DNA of 64,000 nucleotides from Eledone cirrhosa (GCA_964016885.1 OZ024743.1:363444001-363508000), one strand, 5' to 3'. Counted from the stretch's first letter, positions 1-13,010 are shown. Numbers and translations: made by a program. Notes: generated from the sequence alone by a model not told the origin.

Positions 1-260
1 CAATCGAATCCCTGTGCAACATTGTGAGCAGCCCTTCTGACTTTTGGGAAGCAGTTTTTCCTAATGTCTCATCTAACTTCAAAAACCTCAATTGGCTCAG
101 CGATTGTCCAAAATGCTAATTGGTTCGTAACTTTTAATAACCGGTTCAACTGCTTTATGCACTTAAATGATAAGCTTATTCGCTTTCAAGCCACGTTTAA
201 CTGTATGTAACTTTTCATAGCAAATGAACAAGTCCGAGCAACGCCGGGCTAAACTGCTAG
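1..260 (+). mobile_element. 3' end of non-autonomous Helitron-like element
   Basis: Subterminal hairpin ccgagcaacgccgg followed by CTAG (257-260) then T; the same terminus recurs at 14006, 21546 and 55945. Confidence 0.6.
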
Positions 261-302
<42 letters not shown>

Positions 303-305
303 AAT

Positions 306-399
306 TATAGAAATTACATGAATCAAACCGAGGTTTGGAATAAACAATTGTAAGCTAATAAATGGTTTGAACAGAACTTTGATTCATGTAATTTCTATA
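306..399. repeat. Inverted repeat (~22-bp arms) in a small element between microsatellites
   Basis: tatagaaattacatgaatcaaa ... tttgattcatgtaatttctata. Confidence 0.8.
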
Positions 400-556
400 T
401 AACTGCTCTGTAGAACAGCTGATGTTATTACATTGAGCTATTTATCTTACTGGTAATAAGGTAGTAATAAATTACTGTCTTTCACTGTTTAGGGTTTAAA
501 ATATATATAACTATAAAAGGTTTTAGTATATACATAACCATAAATAGTATCCTTAA

Positions 557-614
<58 letters not shown>

Positions 615-687
615 GGTGTTGGATGCTTAAAGCGTCCGTTTGCGGTAGGCCGTTTGACACCTCGATGCTCTCATAGAACAGAGTATG

Positions 688-951
688 ATATCACAGAAAA
701 AAAGAGAATCAGTGTTGCGACGAATGGAATTTATTGAACATATTACAATCGTTTCTCTGGTGACCAGCTCGAGGCACGATCGATGTGATGATCGAACCTG
801 ACTCTGAAAATCGCAAGGTTCTCAGATACGTCTTGAGTCAGGTTCGATCATCACATCGATCGTGCCTCGAGCTGGTCGCCAGAGAAACGATTGTAATATG
901 TCCAATAAATTCCATTCGTCGCAACACTGATTCTCTTTTTTTCTGTGATAT
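688..951. repeat. Fold-back hairpin, ~115-bp arms and 30-nt loop, with a unique tail at 612-687, flanked by (TA)n
   Basis: Arms 688-804 and 835-951 are near-perfect reverse complements; the loop region reads ctgaaaa...gatacgtc, a degenerate HHR-like core. Confidence 0.85.
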
Positions 952-974
952 ATATATATATATATGTATGTGTG

Positions 975-2948
975 TGTAGCGAAATCTGTCCACGCCTTGA
1001 ACCCTGGGTGACACCTAAAGGTCAAATTCTAGGTTACCATTCTTTTCGGCGAAAACAAGTACATGCGTGGGCGATGCTTCGAGGCGGGAAACAGAAAACG
1101 ACAGGTATAAAAAGCCTGTATCACCCCACTTCTAAACAGAGAGATCGGAGCAGAACGCTAGAGAATAGCTATGTAAAACATTCACCGCTACCTACAGGCC
1201 GCTGAGGTCTACAGACAACCAGAGACCATTACTTTCTCTCTCTCTCTCTCTCCTGGTCTCAGACTACACCAGCATCATGAAGCAACACCAAAAGCACTTT
1301 CAACCGTTGTAACTCTTTATAACATGTTCATTGTGAATTTATGAAGTGAAGTAAAGTAAACCTTTTTATATATAAAGTAAACTAGCTATTCTTGTTATTT
1401 CATCTAACGACCACTACTAATACCCTTCGTTACATTGGTGACCCCACCGCGGGAACGAACAGGTTCCTCTAAAAAGGAGTACGAATTGGTATTTTCCATG
1501 GCTTCCATTCCTAACATCAACAACTTTCTCAACATCAGCTTTCTCAGCAATCTATAATTACCAAGCTTCTCATCTATATGGTACGATATGAGAAAACTTC
1601 ACTTTTTCAAATTTTTCACCAAACTTCGAATCTACGGAATATTTACAGTGACTTTGCTTCGATGTTTCAATTCATTACCTAACAATTCACCACGTGCTTC
1701 GTAATCTCCAACAACACAGACAATACTACTAGCTTCTTAGCAAGAAAGGGATAACATTCTTATACCGAAAAAAAAACAAAAAAAAACAGACACATAAAGA
1801 AGAGAAAAACAACTTTTTTTTAAGGAACAATTATATATATATTTTTTTACAGGTTATATATTAACGTTCATTTTTTTTTTTTTACTGTATTATATGTCTG
1901 CATGCACTTAAACGTTTTGCATCAAACACATCATTTTCTTTTTACACACAAACAGTTTGTTACCTGTAATGTATGTTCTTGATTCGGTGGGGATTCTTCG
2001 AGATCACTTTTCACCAGGTCGAGGTACGGCAACAGCTATAAAACACATGAAACTCACCCACACCGTGACTAAACTCGCCTGGACTCAATCAGACACGCAA
2101 CTCAAAATTGCACACACTCATGTCATAGCGTAAACCTCGACTCACTGGAAAAGCATCTTACTTATAATAATACATCGAGAGAAAGAGTCCTCTGTATTAT
2201 CATATCATAATCCGATACCGCAACCCCAAACGTTCAGCCATCCATACACAACAGTTCGAAATACATGATCACAACTCTGTATATTTACAGTTTCTTCTAA
2301 ATGTTACACACACACATGCATACACAGTTGTACGATTTTTTTTTTCTCTCTCCAAATTTTTCAGCATTCGAAATACGGACGCAGTACCCACATTTCGTGT
2401 GTCTTGGGACACGCTTCTGGAATCAGATTTCGCTACTCCTTTTGTAATCGATCACTGCTCCTGCATCGATCTGGGTAGGGAACTAATGTAGCGAAATCTG
2501 TCCACCCCTTGAACCCTGGGTGACACCTAAAAGTCAAATTTTAGGTCACCAACCTTTTCGGCGTAAACAAGTTCGTGCGTGGACGATGCTTCGAGGCGGA
2601 AAACAGAAAACGACAGGTATAAAAAGCCTGTAACACCCCACTTCTAAACAGAGAGATCGGAGCAGAACGCTAGAGAATAGCTATGTGAAACATTCACCGC
2701 TAACTATAGGCCGCTGAAGTCTACAGACAACCAGAGACCATTACTCTCTCTCTCTCTCTCTCTCTCCTGGTCTCAGACTACACCAGCATCATGAATCAAC
2801 ACCAAAAGCACTTTCAACCTTTGTAACTCTTCATAACATGTTCTTTGGGAATTTATGAAGTGAAGTAAAGTAAACCTTTTTATATATAAAGTAAACCAGC
2901 TATTCTTGTTATTTCATCTAACGACCACTACTAATACCCTTCGTTACA
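975..2948 (+). mobile_element. Non-autonomous LTR retrotransposon (TRIM/LARD-like, probably Gypsy-derived)
   Basis: Two ~460-bp direct repeats (975-1434, 2487-2948) with TG...CA ends, PBS after LTR1, purine-rich gggtaggga before LTR2, and a ~1-kb internal region with no long ORF. Confidence 0.9.
1436..1445 (+). promoter_or_regulatory. Primer-binding site complementary to the tRNA-Trp 3' end
   Basis: TGGTGACCCC starts 1 nt after LTR1; animal tRNA-Trp ends ...GGGGUCA-CCA. Confidence 0.75.
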
Positions 2949-3019
2949 TATATATAAATATATATATATATAGTGTGTGTGTGTGTGTGTGTTGTGTTAT
3001 TATTTCTGGCAAATATATA

Positions 3020-3158
<139 letters not shown>

Positions 3159-3186
3159 GTGCGTGTTCTGTTATTATTTCTGGCAA

Positions 3187-3228
<42 letters not shown>

Positions 3229-3782
3229 TTATCAACCACAACGGACTACACACACATATATATATATATATAAACGTTTGAATTTGTAAAGTCAAATAAT
3301 GCAGGTATGGACATAGAATTAAAAAAATGCAAATGCAAAAGATATTGTTGACAATTAGTCTTTTACCTTAGATTTATTTAAATGTCCTCAATTTTCGAGA
3401 TAATATCTCTTCTTCGGAGGGAAGTAAAGCGGTTAAACCAGTGTTCTAAATAGCTTGCCAAGTCATGCTGACAGGAAATGGTATAGAGTATCTGTTCTAT
3501 CTCTAATTTCAAAGAGTTAAGGTTAGGTGGATAAAGAGTAGTTACCCTTTAAAAGGTTTTTTTTTGTACATGTCTGTTTAAGTGTGTGGGAGAATGCGTG
3601 AATGTGTAAGTATGTATGTGTGTGTGTGTGAGTGTGAGAAGATATGTCTATACGTAAATGTGGGGGATAGATGTTATCTCGTGTTAGAACTGGTCTTTGT
3701 GTGTGTATGTGTGTGTGTGAGAGAGAATAAGTGGAGGTGTAAGCGTGTGTGTGGGGGTGTAAGTATGGGGCTAGATGCTCTA

Positions 3783-4279
3783 TCAAGGTATAAATTGGGT
3801 GTTGAGTTCTAGTCTATAATTGGTTGGTGGTTGTGTTTTGTCTATAATTAGTGCTTCCTTAATTCTAAGATTGCCGAGGTTTCTTTCCTTAGTTTCTATC
3901 CTAACTGTTATGGTTTTGTAGGTGTTTTTGCATTTCATTAGGTGTTTCTTAAATGAGGAAGCGTTAGTATTGAGGTGTTCTTTTATTCTTATGTGGAGTG
4001 GTCTGGTGGTGCTACCTACGTAGAAGTTGCTGTATTTGTCGCACTCTAATCTGTATACGACGTAAGCCTGGTGGCATAGGTCTGTGTCGTTGATGGGGCA
4101 GTTGGCTAGCCTGCAGCGGTTGTCATGTCTGGTGGAGTGTCTTTTGGTTGGCTGTCCGCGTAGAGAAGGTGCTGAGTGGGCCAGTTGGATATCTAGTCCC
4201 TCTCGTCTGATAGCTCTGCAGATGGCTGTTGTTGTTTCGTCACTGAAGTGTGAGTGCCTCGGGTGTGGTGTCCTCTGTT
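3783..4279 (-). pseudogene. Inverted copy of the PLE GIY-YIG endonuclease
   Basis: VVYRLECDKYSNFYVGSTTRPLHIRIKEH in ORF 3783..4508. Confidence 0.9.
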
Positions 4280-4973
4280 TATATTTCAGATCGGCCCTCC
4301 CAGCCGGTGCTAAGTTTGGATACATAAGGAACGAACTACACGTACCCGGAACAAATGCACCGACGCTAGAGACCGAGACACACACACCACACATTTCCTG
4401 GAAGTACTCAAACTGAACGGATACACGACATCCACTACAAACCGTGCCAGAAAGAACAGAGGACACCACACCCGAGGCCCTCACACTTGTTTCTTGAAGC
4501 TCCCACACTTCAGTGACGAAACAACAACAGCCATCCGCAGAGCTATCAGACGAGAGGGACTAGATATCCAACTGGCCCACTCAGGTCCTTCTCTGCGCGG
4601 ACAGCTAACCAAAAGACACTCCACCAGACATGACAACCGCTGCAGGCTAGCCAACTGTCCCATCAACGACGCAGACCTATGCCACCAGGCTTACGTCGTG
4701 TACAGACTAGAGTGTGACAAATGCAGCAACTTCTACGTAGGTAGCACCACCAGACCACTCCACATAAGAATAAAAGAACACCTCAATACTAACGCTTCCT
4801 CATTTAAGAAACACCTAGTGAAATGCAAAAACACCGACAAAACCATAACAGTTAGGATAGAAACTAAGGAAAGAAACCTCGGCAATCTTAGAATCAAGGA
4901 AGCACTAATTATAGACAAAACACAACCACCAATCAATAATAGACTAGAACTCAACACCCAATTTATAACTTGA
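4280..4973 (+). pseudogene. PLE RT thumb end, linker and GIY-YIG endonuclease (5'-truncated, frameshifted)
   Basis: FLEVLKLNGY thumb motif; VVYRLECDKCSNFYVGSTTRPLHIRIKEH...FKKH (GIY-YIG with CCHH residues); C-terminal KEALII...PPINNR. Confidence 0.9.
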
Positions 4974-5035
4974 TAGAGCATCTAGCCCCATACTTACACA
5001 CCCACACCCACCCACACACACGCACGCACACACAC

Positions 5036-5090
<55 letters not shown>

Positions 5091-5408
5091 TACACCTCCA
5101 CTTATTATCTCTCACACACACACATACACACACAAAGACCAGTTCTAACACGAGAGAATATCTATCCCCCACATTTACGTATAGACATATCTTCTCACAC
5201 TCACACACACACACACATACTTACACATTCGCGCATTCTCCCACACACTTAAACAGACATGTGCAAAAAAAACCTTTTATAGGGTGACTACTCTTTATCC
5301 ACCTAACCTTAACTCGTTGACATTAGAGATAGAACAGATACTCTATACCATTTCCTGTCAGCATGACTTGGCAAGCTATTTAGAACACTGGTTTAACCGC
5401 TTTACTTC

Positions 5409-5443
5409 CCTCCGAAGAAGAGATATTATCTCGAAAATTAAGG
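5409..5443 (+). ncRNA. Minimal hammerhead-like motif in PLE 3' end (variant CCGAAGA core); mirror copy at 3386-3421 (-)
   Basis: cct CCGAAGA a-gagat-att-atctc GAAA ATTA agg: stem I cct/agg, stem II gagat/atctc, palindromic AATT stem III. Confidence 0.55.
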
Positions 5444-5598
5444 ACATTTAAATAAATCTAAGGTAAAAGACTAATTGTCAACAATATCTTTTGCATTTGC
5501 ATTTTTTTAATTCTATATCCATACTTGCATTGTTTGGCTTTACAAATTCAAACGTTTATACCTCATTACACAATGGTTCAAGTGAACTATAACTTCCT

Positions 5599-5640
<42 letters not shown>

Positions 5641-8600
5641 TCTTAGTTATGCCAGTCTCTAAAATTCAAATTCTCCGTTTTTCTCTCTGATTTTCAATTA
5701 TTTATATTTACATGTTTTTAATATGTCTCAATCTGTTGGCTGTTGGACCCTTCCTAAAAACTAACCTTCTCCTAAAGTTACCCATTTCTCGCCCACCCGC
5801 CCCCACTCACCACCATTGCTATATGGTCCAATCAGAACTCACCGGCTTTAGTAAGTTCTCTAACAAATCAGTATAGCAAAGCTACCACCTCGGTTACTAC
5901 TCCTTAAGTTTAGACCTGTTTGATGGGGTGACTGCGGAAATTTGAAAAGTATGAGCACTCAATGACAATGTCACAGTTAAAGATAAATTCCTCTCCCGCT
6001 GCAAGACGAGAAAACAAGGACCCTCTTTATTTCAGACACGGATGACCAACAAAATTCCGTCTCCTACACCCCACCCCACCCCCTCCAACCCATCCATCCC
6101 ACCCTACCAACTTCAGAGGTGGTACCATGAACGTAGGCACATTGAAAGGTCGCTCAAATGAGGTTGTAGAGATGCTTGAACGTAAAGAAGTTGATGTTTG
6201 TTGTATTCAAGAGACTAGGTGGAGAAGGGGGTCTGCCAGATTCATCGTGGGTAAAAAAACGATGCTATAAACTTTTCTGGGTGGGAAATGACAACGGACT
6301 GAGTGGAGTAGGAATTATGTTAGCTGAAAAATGGGTCGATAAGGTAATCGACGTAAATAGAGTAAATGACAGAATAATTAAAATAAGGCTAGTTCTAAAT
6401 AGAACTACCGTGACAATAATATCCGCTTACGCACCCCAATCTGGTCTACCTGACGTTATAAAGGACAGGTTCTATGAGACGTTAATGCACACTACCTCCC
6501 AAATAACCAACAGCGACTACCTAATTATTGCTGGCGATCTAAACGGCCACGTTGGACAACATAGTGATGGCTATGATGTAATCGATGGAGGCTATGGGGT
6601 TAGAAATAGAAATGAGGAAGGTTTCAGAATCCTGGAATTCTGTGACGTCAATAACCCAACTATCTGTAACACAAACTTCAAAAAACGTGAAAACCACTTG
6701 ATCACCTATAGATCAGGGGAACACGCCAACCAGATAGATTATATCCTTACTAGAAGACGGGACAAAGTGTCTGTTGTAAACACTAAACCCCTCCCCCGTA
6801 AAGAATACACCTCCCAACATAGCCTAGTAGTTAGTGACCTCACAGTCAGGACTAGACGTACTCTACGACAGAGAAGGACTAACTTGAGGAGAAGAATATG
6901 GAAGTTGAAGGTCCCCATAGCCAGTGACAAATTTAAAAGTTTATTACTTGATGCCTTTGACAATAAGGAAAAGCAATTAGAGACGTGCGATATAGAGCAA
7001 CAGTGGGAATTCCTGAAAGTGAACCTGCTGAAAGCAACAGATGAAATCTGTGGCTGGAGCAGACCTATTGGCAGGAGGAGAGTAACTTGGTGGTGGAACA
7101 GTAAGGTGGAGGAGACAATCAAGGCAAAATAGCAGGCTTGGAAAGTATGGTGGGATGGAGGAAGTAGAGAGCACTATCAAGTGGTCAGGATAAAAGCTAG
7201 GAGACAAGTGTACCTTGCAAAAAGGGAAGCAGAGGATAGAAAGTTCAAGCATGTTCTACAACGCGGAACAAAAACGCGAGGTGTTCAGGATTGCTAGACA
7301 ACGTGTCAAGAAAAACCGTGATATTGTCAGGGAGAAGTGTGTCTGTAATGACAACGGTGTACTTGCCCTCACTGATGCTGATGAGAAGATAGCTTGGAAG
7401 TGTCACTACGAGAGCCTATTAAATGAGGAGAATAAGTGGGAAAAAAATAGTCTGCCCCAAATCGATCCAATAGAAGGACCAGCGGTGCAAGTTAAAGGTA
7501 GTATAATAAGTAAGGTAATCAAAGATATGAAGACAGGCAAGGCAGCTGGGCCTTCGGAGATAGTTGCTGAGATGTTGAAGGCATCTGAAATGGTGGGACA
7601 TACTATGGTCACCCGTATAGTTAACCAAGTAATACAGAATGGGGTCATACCAAAAGACTGGCGTAGCAGCATCATCATTAACTGCTACAAGGGTAAAGGA
7701 GATGCTCTAGATAGAGAAAACTATAGAGACATTAAGTTAGTTGACCAGGTCATGAAGGTGACAGAAAGAGTTATAGCGCAACTAATCAGAGAGCAAATTG
7801 ATCTAGATGAAATGCAGTTTGGGTTTGTGTCAAGTAAAAGTACCACAGACGCTCTTTTCCTTGTACAACTACAAGAGAAGTACCTAGCTAAAAGTAAACC
7901 CCTCTACTTAGCTTTTGTAGACCTGGAAAAAGCCTTTGACAGAGTCCCCCGCTCCATTATCTGGTGGGCTCTTAGAAAACTAGGTGTAGATGAATGGCTT
8001 GTGAGAGTTAGAGAAGCTATGTATAATGAAACAGTCAGTAAGGTTAGAATTAACAATGAATATTGTGAAGAATTTAATGTAAAAGTTGGTGTTCACCATG
8101 GCTATGTCCTTAGCCCCCTCATATTTATTATTGCCCTTCAGGCTATAACAGAGGAGTTCAAGACCGGCTGCCCATGGGAACTCCTATACGCAGATGATCT
8201 AACGCTCATAGCTAAATCAATGGCTGAACTAGAAAAGAAATTCCAAACATGAATGCATGGCCTAGAATCAAAAGGCCTTAAAGTTAACTTGTCTAAGACT
8301 AAAGTCCTAGTTTGTAGAAAGGAAAATAAGGCACAGGTACCCTCAGGGAAATGGCCTTGCTCAGTGTGTAGGAAAAGAGTAGGCAGAACTTCAATGTTAT
8401 GTCCCAAATGCAAAGTATGGGTACATAAAAGATGTAGTGGGATCACAGGTAAACTATCTAAGAACGTAGATTTTATATGTGGCCGATGCTCAGGTGCAAT
8501 AGGTAGCAAGTGTCCACAGGATACTAGTCCCTTTTATTGCCCAGATGGTTCTATAGAAATAGTAGACACTTTCCGTTACCTGGATGACGAAATCAGCAGT

Positions 8601-9567
8601 GGTGGAGGGTGCTCTGAAAGTACAGTAGCCAGAGTCAGAACGGGATGGAAAAAGTTCAGAGAGCTTATACCGCTGTTGGCCACAAAAGGTTTCTCCCTAA
8701 AAATGAAAGGCAGATTGTATGATGCTTGTATACGAACAGCAATGCTACATGGCAGTGAGACATGGGCATTGCGTGCAGAGGACCTGCGTAGACTGGAAAG
8801 GAACGAAACATGCATGCTCCGTTGGATGTGTAATAGTAATATACGTGAACGGCAAAGCATAAATGAGCTAAGTGAGAAATTAGGAATAAGAGGGATCAGA
8901 TGCTGTTTACTCGAGAGAAGACTACGTTGGTATGGCCACTTGATGCGCATGACAGACGACAGCTGTATAAAAAAGTGCAGGGCGATCAAAATTGATGGTA
9001 CTTACAGAGTAGGTAGACCCAGAAAAACCTGGGACGATCTGATAAATTCCGACCTTACACACTTGAACCTCTCTAAGACAATGTCACTGGACCGAGATCT
9101 TTGGCGCTACGCAGTAATACAGAAGACCCGCCTTGCCTATGTACAAAGCGAAACCTACAGTCAGTAGGCACCTCTTAACCAAATATACACCCCAATCCAC
9201 TACCCCTACCCTATCCTCCCACTCCCACCAACACCACCCTCTCTCTATAAAGTTGGTACCACAACATCCAGTCCAAATAAATGAGATAAATGAGATAGAG
9301 ATCGTGTAGGTGTCACGAGAAAAAAACACACAGTCTACGCTGTAATGTGGTCGTGTAGGTAACACGGTAAAAAGTTCCCAGTTCCACACTGTAAATGTGG
9401 TTGGTGTTAGGAAGGGCATCCAGTCGTAGAAAATCTGCCAGATAGTCCTATATGAGCGAGACACGGTCACCCGAGCAACCTTGCCTCAAGTGGGACAACT
9501 CCCGTCTAACCCATGCTAGCGTGGAAAGTGGACGTTAAACGAGGATGATCATGATCATGATGATGAT
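5641..9567 (+). mobile_element. Near full-length RTE-clade LINE with a disrupted ORF
   Basis: APE (MNVGTL..., CIQETRW, ISAYAPQ, AGDLNGHVG, QIDYIL), RT (FVDLEKAFDRV, LLYADDL), C-terminal RRLRWYGH, 3' tail gacgttaaac(gat)n. Confidence 0.95.
6113..9167 (+). pseudogene. RTE ORF (APE endonuclease, reverse transcriptase, PHD-type finger) broken by frameshifts and stops
   Basis: ORFs 6176-7132, 7215-8252 and 8253-9167 are collinear pieces; in-frame TGA at 8250 where Trp is expected. Confidence 0.9.
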
Positions 9568-9597
9568 ATATATATATATATATAATATATGATGATG

Positions 9598-9629
<32 letters not shown>

Positions 9630-9639
9630 TATCTGTATC

Positions 9640-10060
9640 TAGGGCAGGTAAAATTCCCGAGATCCATGGACGAGTTCTCTCCAGCCGTCTCTGTCCCACA
9701 ACGAAGAGGCGGATCTTCAGTTCTTTACGAAGGTCCGACTTCCACACCGATCTCAAGCTGTGGTACGCTGCCCATGCCTTGCTCTTCCTCTCGACCACAG
9801 AGAGTCTCAGAGCAGGAGAGTTAAGGCGAAAATTATATCGGATGCTGAATATGCCGACGACATAGTTTTGGTGACAAACACAGTGAAGGGGGCAGAGGAT
9901 TTGATGCAGGAGGTGGAGACTGTGTTGATGAGTGTGGGACTGAGAATGAATGAGATTAAGACAAAATATCTGGTAGAGAATATTAAGAAGCCAGAGAAGA
10001 TTACTAATGTAGGCTGGAAGCCGCTAGAATTGGTTTAGGACTTCCTGTATTTGTGAGCAA
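9640..10060. mobile_element. LINE RT fragment with internal inversion
   Basis: + strand 9810-10055 EYADDIVLV...GLRMNEIKTKYL...DFLYL; - strand 9640-9798 KAWAAYHSLRSVWKSDL...KIRLF. Confidence 0.75.
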
Positions 10061-10196
10061 CGATTGGGAAATATATATATATATTTAATGAGGCACTATT
10101 AAGATATGAGTATTAGTATCAATTATGAGTAAGGTAATTAAATACTATACACTCTTAAGCCTACAATGAAATTGCAGCTTTGTACTAACTAAACTA

Positions 10197-10338
<142 letters not shown>

Positions 10339-10418
10339 GGTAAACAGAAATAACAAAACAATCGGTACAGAATATGGAAGGGATATATTAGGTTAACGCT
10401 TCAATATAGCAGGAAGAA

Positions 10419-10458
10419 GGTCTTAACGTTTCGGACGCTAGTTCTTCATCAGAAAAAA
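10419..10458 (-). ncRNA. Minimal HHR-like motif of PLE-terminus type; related degenerate copies at 53719-53757 (-) and 56146-56178 (-)
   Basis: Minus strand CTGATGA agaactagcgtcc GAAA CGTTA; stem I is weak. Confidence 0.5.
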
Positions 10459-10556
10459 GAATGAGAAATAAGATAGATTGAGAGGACGAGTGGGTTGGAA
10501 TTGGAAAAAAGGCGTTTAGATAAAAATAACAGGTTCATTCCTGTTGACATCTCTTG

Positions 10557-10635
<79 letters not shown>

Positions 10636-10638
<3 letters not shown>

Positions 10639-10895
10639 GTAGAACACTCGTAACATCCGTAGTGGTAGAGCACTCAGTCCATGGGACGAGTTAGGTAGAA
10701 GTGGTTACACAACAGTTAGTTCACCATACCGAGAACAATTGTTTAACCTTAGCGGATGCTCAGCTCGTAATGGACATGGTTATACGGAAGAGTAAGGACA
10801 ATGCGCAGAAACGGTCACTTCCCTCAGGCAATACTAAATTGCGCGCGAGAGGTGTAAGGGAGATAATTGCGAAAGTCCGAAAGTTTCTAGTTGAT
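10636..10895 (-). mobile_element. Solo or truncated PLE 3' terminus related to 19037-19250, with a degenerate HHR at 10729-10767
   Basis: Aligns by eye to 19037-19247; minus strand cgag CTGAGCA tccgctaaggt TAAA CAATTG TT ctcg. Confidence 0.75.
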
Positions 10896-10944
10896 AATAT
10901 ATATATATTCGAGGTGAGAGAGCGACTTTACGGACATGATTTTT

Positions 10945-11420
<476 letters not shown>

Positions 11421-11447
11421 CATACATATACATATATACATATATAC

Positions 11448-11531
<84 letters not shown>

Positions 11532-11541
11532 TTATATTATA

Positions 11542-11588
<47 letters not shown>

Positions 11589-11616
11589 TATATATTTATA
11601 TATATATATATATATG

Positions 11617-11704
<88 letters not shown>

Positions 11705-11710
11705 TGTATG

Positions 11711-11778
<68 letters not shown>

Positions 11779-11929
11779 TATATTCACATATATATCGCTA
11801 TTTCAGAGCATTTATTCCAATTTCTAATTTCTGCCGGACCGGCAACCGCTCTTTCAAACCAGTTCATGTACACAGCTAAGTATTCTATAAGTCTCTAGCT
11901 GTGTCATTCTCGATAAAAGCACTGGATAT

Positions 11930-11972
11930 GTAGTCCTGAAGATTTCTAATAAGAATGAAACGCGTAGATTAC
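11930..11972 (+). ncRNA. Minimal type I hammerhead ribozyme, copy 1
   Basis: gtagtc CTGAAGA tttctaataagaat GAAA CGCG TA gattac; stem I is extended by a 16-bp perfect helix (11906-11921/11979-11994). Confidence 0.85.
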
Positions 11973-12239
11973 TTCCCTTGCTTTTATCGAGAATCTAATT
12001 GTAATACGTGACGTATTCTATTCTATAGCGATTAGGTCTTCAAAATGTTTATTATAAACATACAGAATATTTTCGAATATTCTATGTCTATATTCACATA
12101 TATATCGCTATTTCAGAGCATTTATTCCAATTTCTAATTTCTGCCGGACCGGCAACCGCTCTTTCAAACCAGTTCATGTACACAGCTAAGTATTCTATAA
12201 GTCTCTAGCTGTGTCATTCTCGATAAAAGCACTGGATAT

Positions 12240-12282
12240 GTAGTCCTGAAGATTTCTAATAAGAATGAAACGCGTAGATTAC
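12240..12282 (+). ncRNA. Minimal type I hammerhead ribozyme, copy 2
   Basis: Same sequence as 11930-11972, offset by 310 bp. Confidence 0.85.
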
Positions 12283-12446
12283 TTCCCTTGCTTTTATCGA
12301 GAATCTAATTGTAATACGTGACGTATTCTATTCTATAGCGATTAGGTCTTCAAAATGTTTATTATAAACATACAGAATATTTTCGAATATTCTATGTCTA
12401 TATTCACATATATATCGCTATTTCAGAGCATTTATTCCAATTTATA

Positions 12447-12559
<113 letters not shown>

Positions 12560-12584
12560 ATCTTTCTCTCTCTCTCTATATATA

Positions 12585-13010
12585 TATAGGAAAAGGTTCA
12601 GGACCTTGACGACAGAGCTCATGCTGTTTCGACGGCTATTTCTGAGTCCAGAAATAGCCGTCGAAACGTCTTGAGCTCTGCGTCGGGGTCCTGAACCTTT
12701 TCCTATTACCCCCTTTACTACCCAAAGTATCGAGTATTCTGGTGCGTTATGGTCCGCCTGATTCCTTACCACACTTCCTCCGTTATATATATATAGGAAA
12801 ATGTTCAAGACCCCGACGGCAGAGCTGAAGCCGTTTCGACGGCTATTTCTGGACTAAATTGAATTTAGTTCAGAAATAGCCGTGGAAACGGCTTGAGCTC
12901 TGTCGTCGGGATCTTGAACATTTTCCCATTACCCACTCTACTATCCTAAGTATTGAGTATTCTGGTGCGTTATGGTCCACCTGGTTTCTTACCACACTTC
13001 CTTCGTTATA
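12585..13010 (+). mobile_element. Two tandem copies of a hairpin-plus-tail element; related copies at 60640-60780 and 60828-60960
   Basis: taggaaaagg...ccttttccta ~120-bp fold-back followed by the tail gagtattctggtgcgttatggtcc...accacacttcc, twice. Confidence 0.75.

Larger units (their letters stand above)
3269..5601. mobile_element. Penelope-like element 3' portion as a head-to-head fold-back (arms ~3269-4279 and ~4280-5560, tail to 5601)
   Basis: About 1 kb of the arms are reverse complements; both encode GIY-YIG; flanked by (TA)n. Confidence 0.9.
11773..12443 (+). mobile_element. Tandem 310-bp unit (2.16 copies) with a minimal HHR; retrozyme-like
   Basis: Unit starts at 11773, 12083 and 12393, identical by eye, embedded in (TA)n. 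Confidence 0.85.

Noticed and set aside
6739-8989. Minus-strand ORFs overlapping the RTE LINE
   Set aside because: Antisense shadows of the LINE ORF
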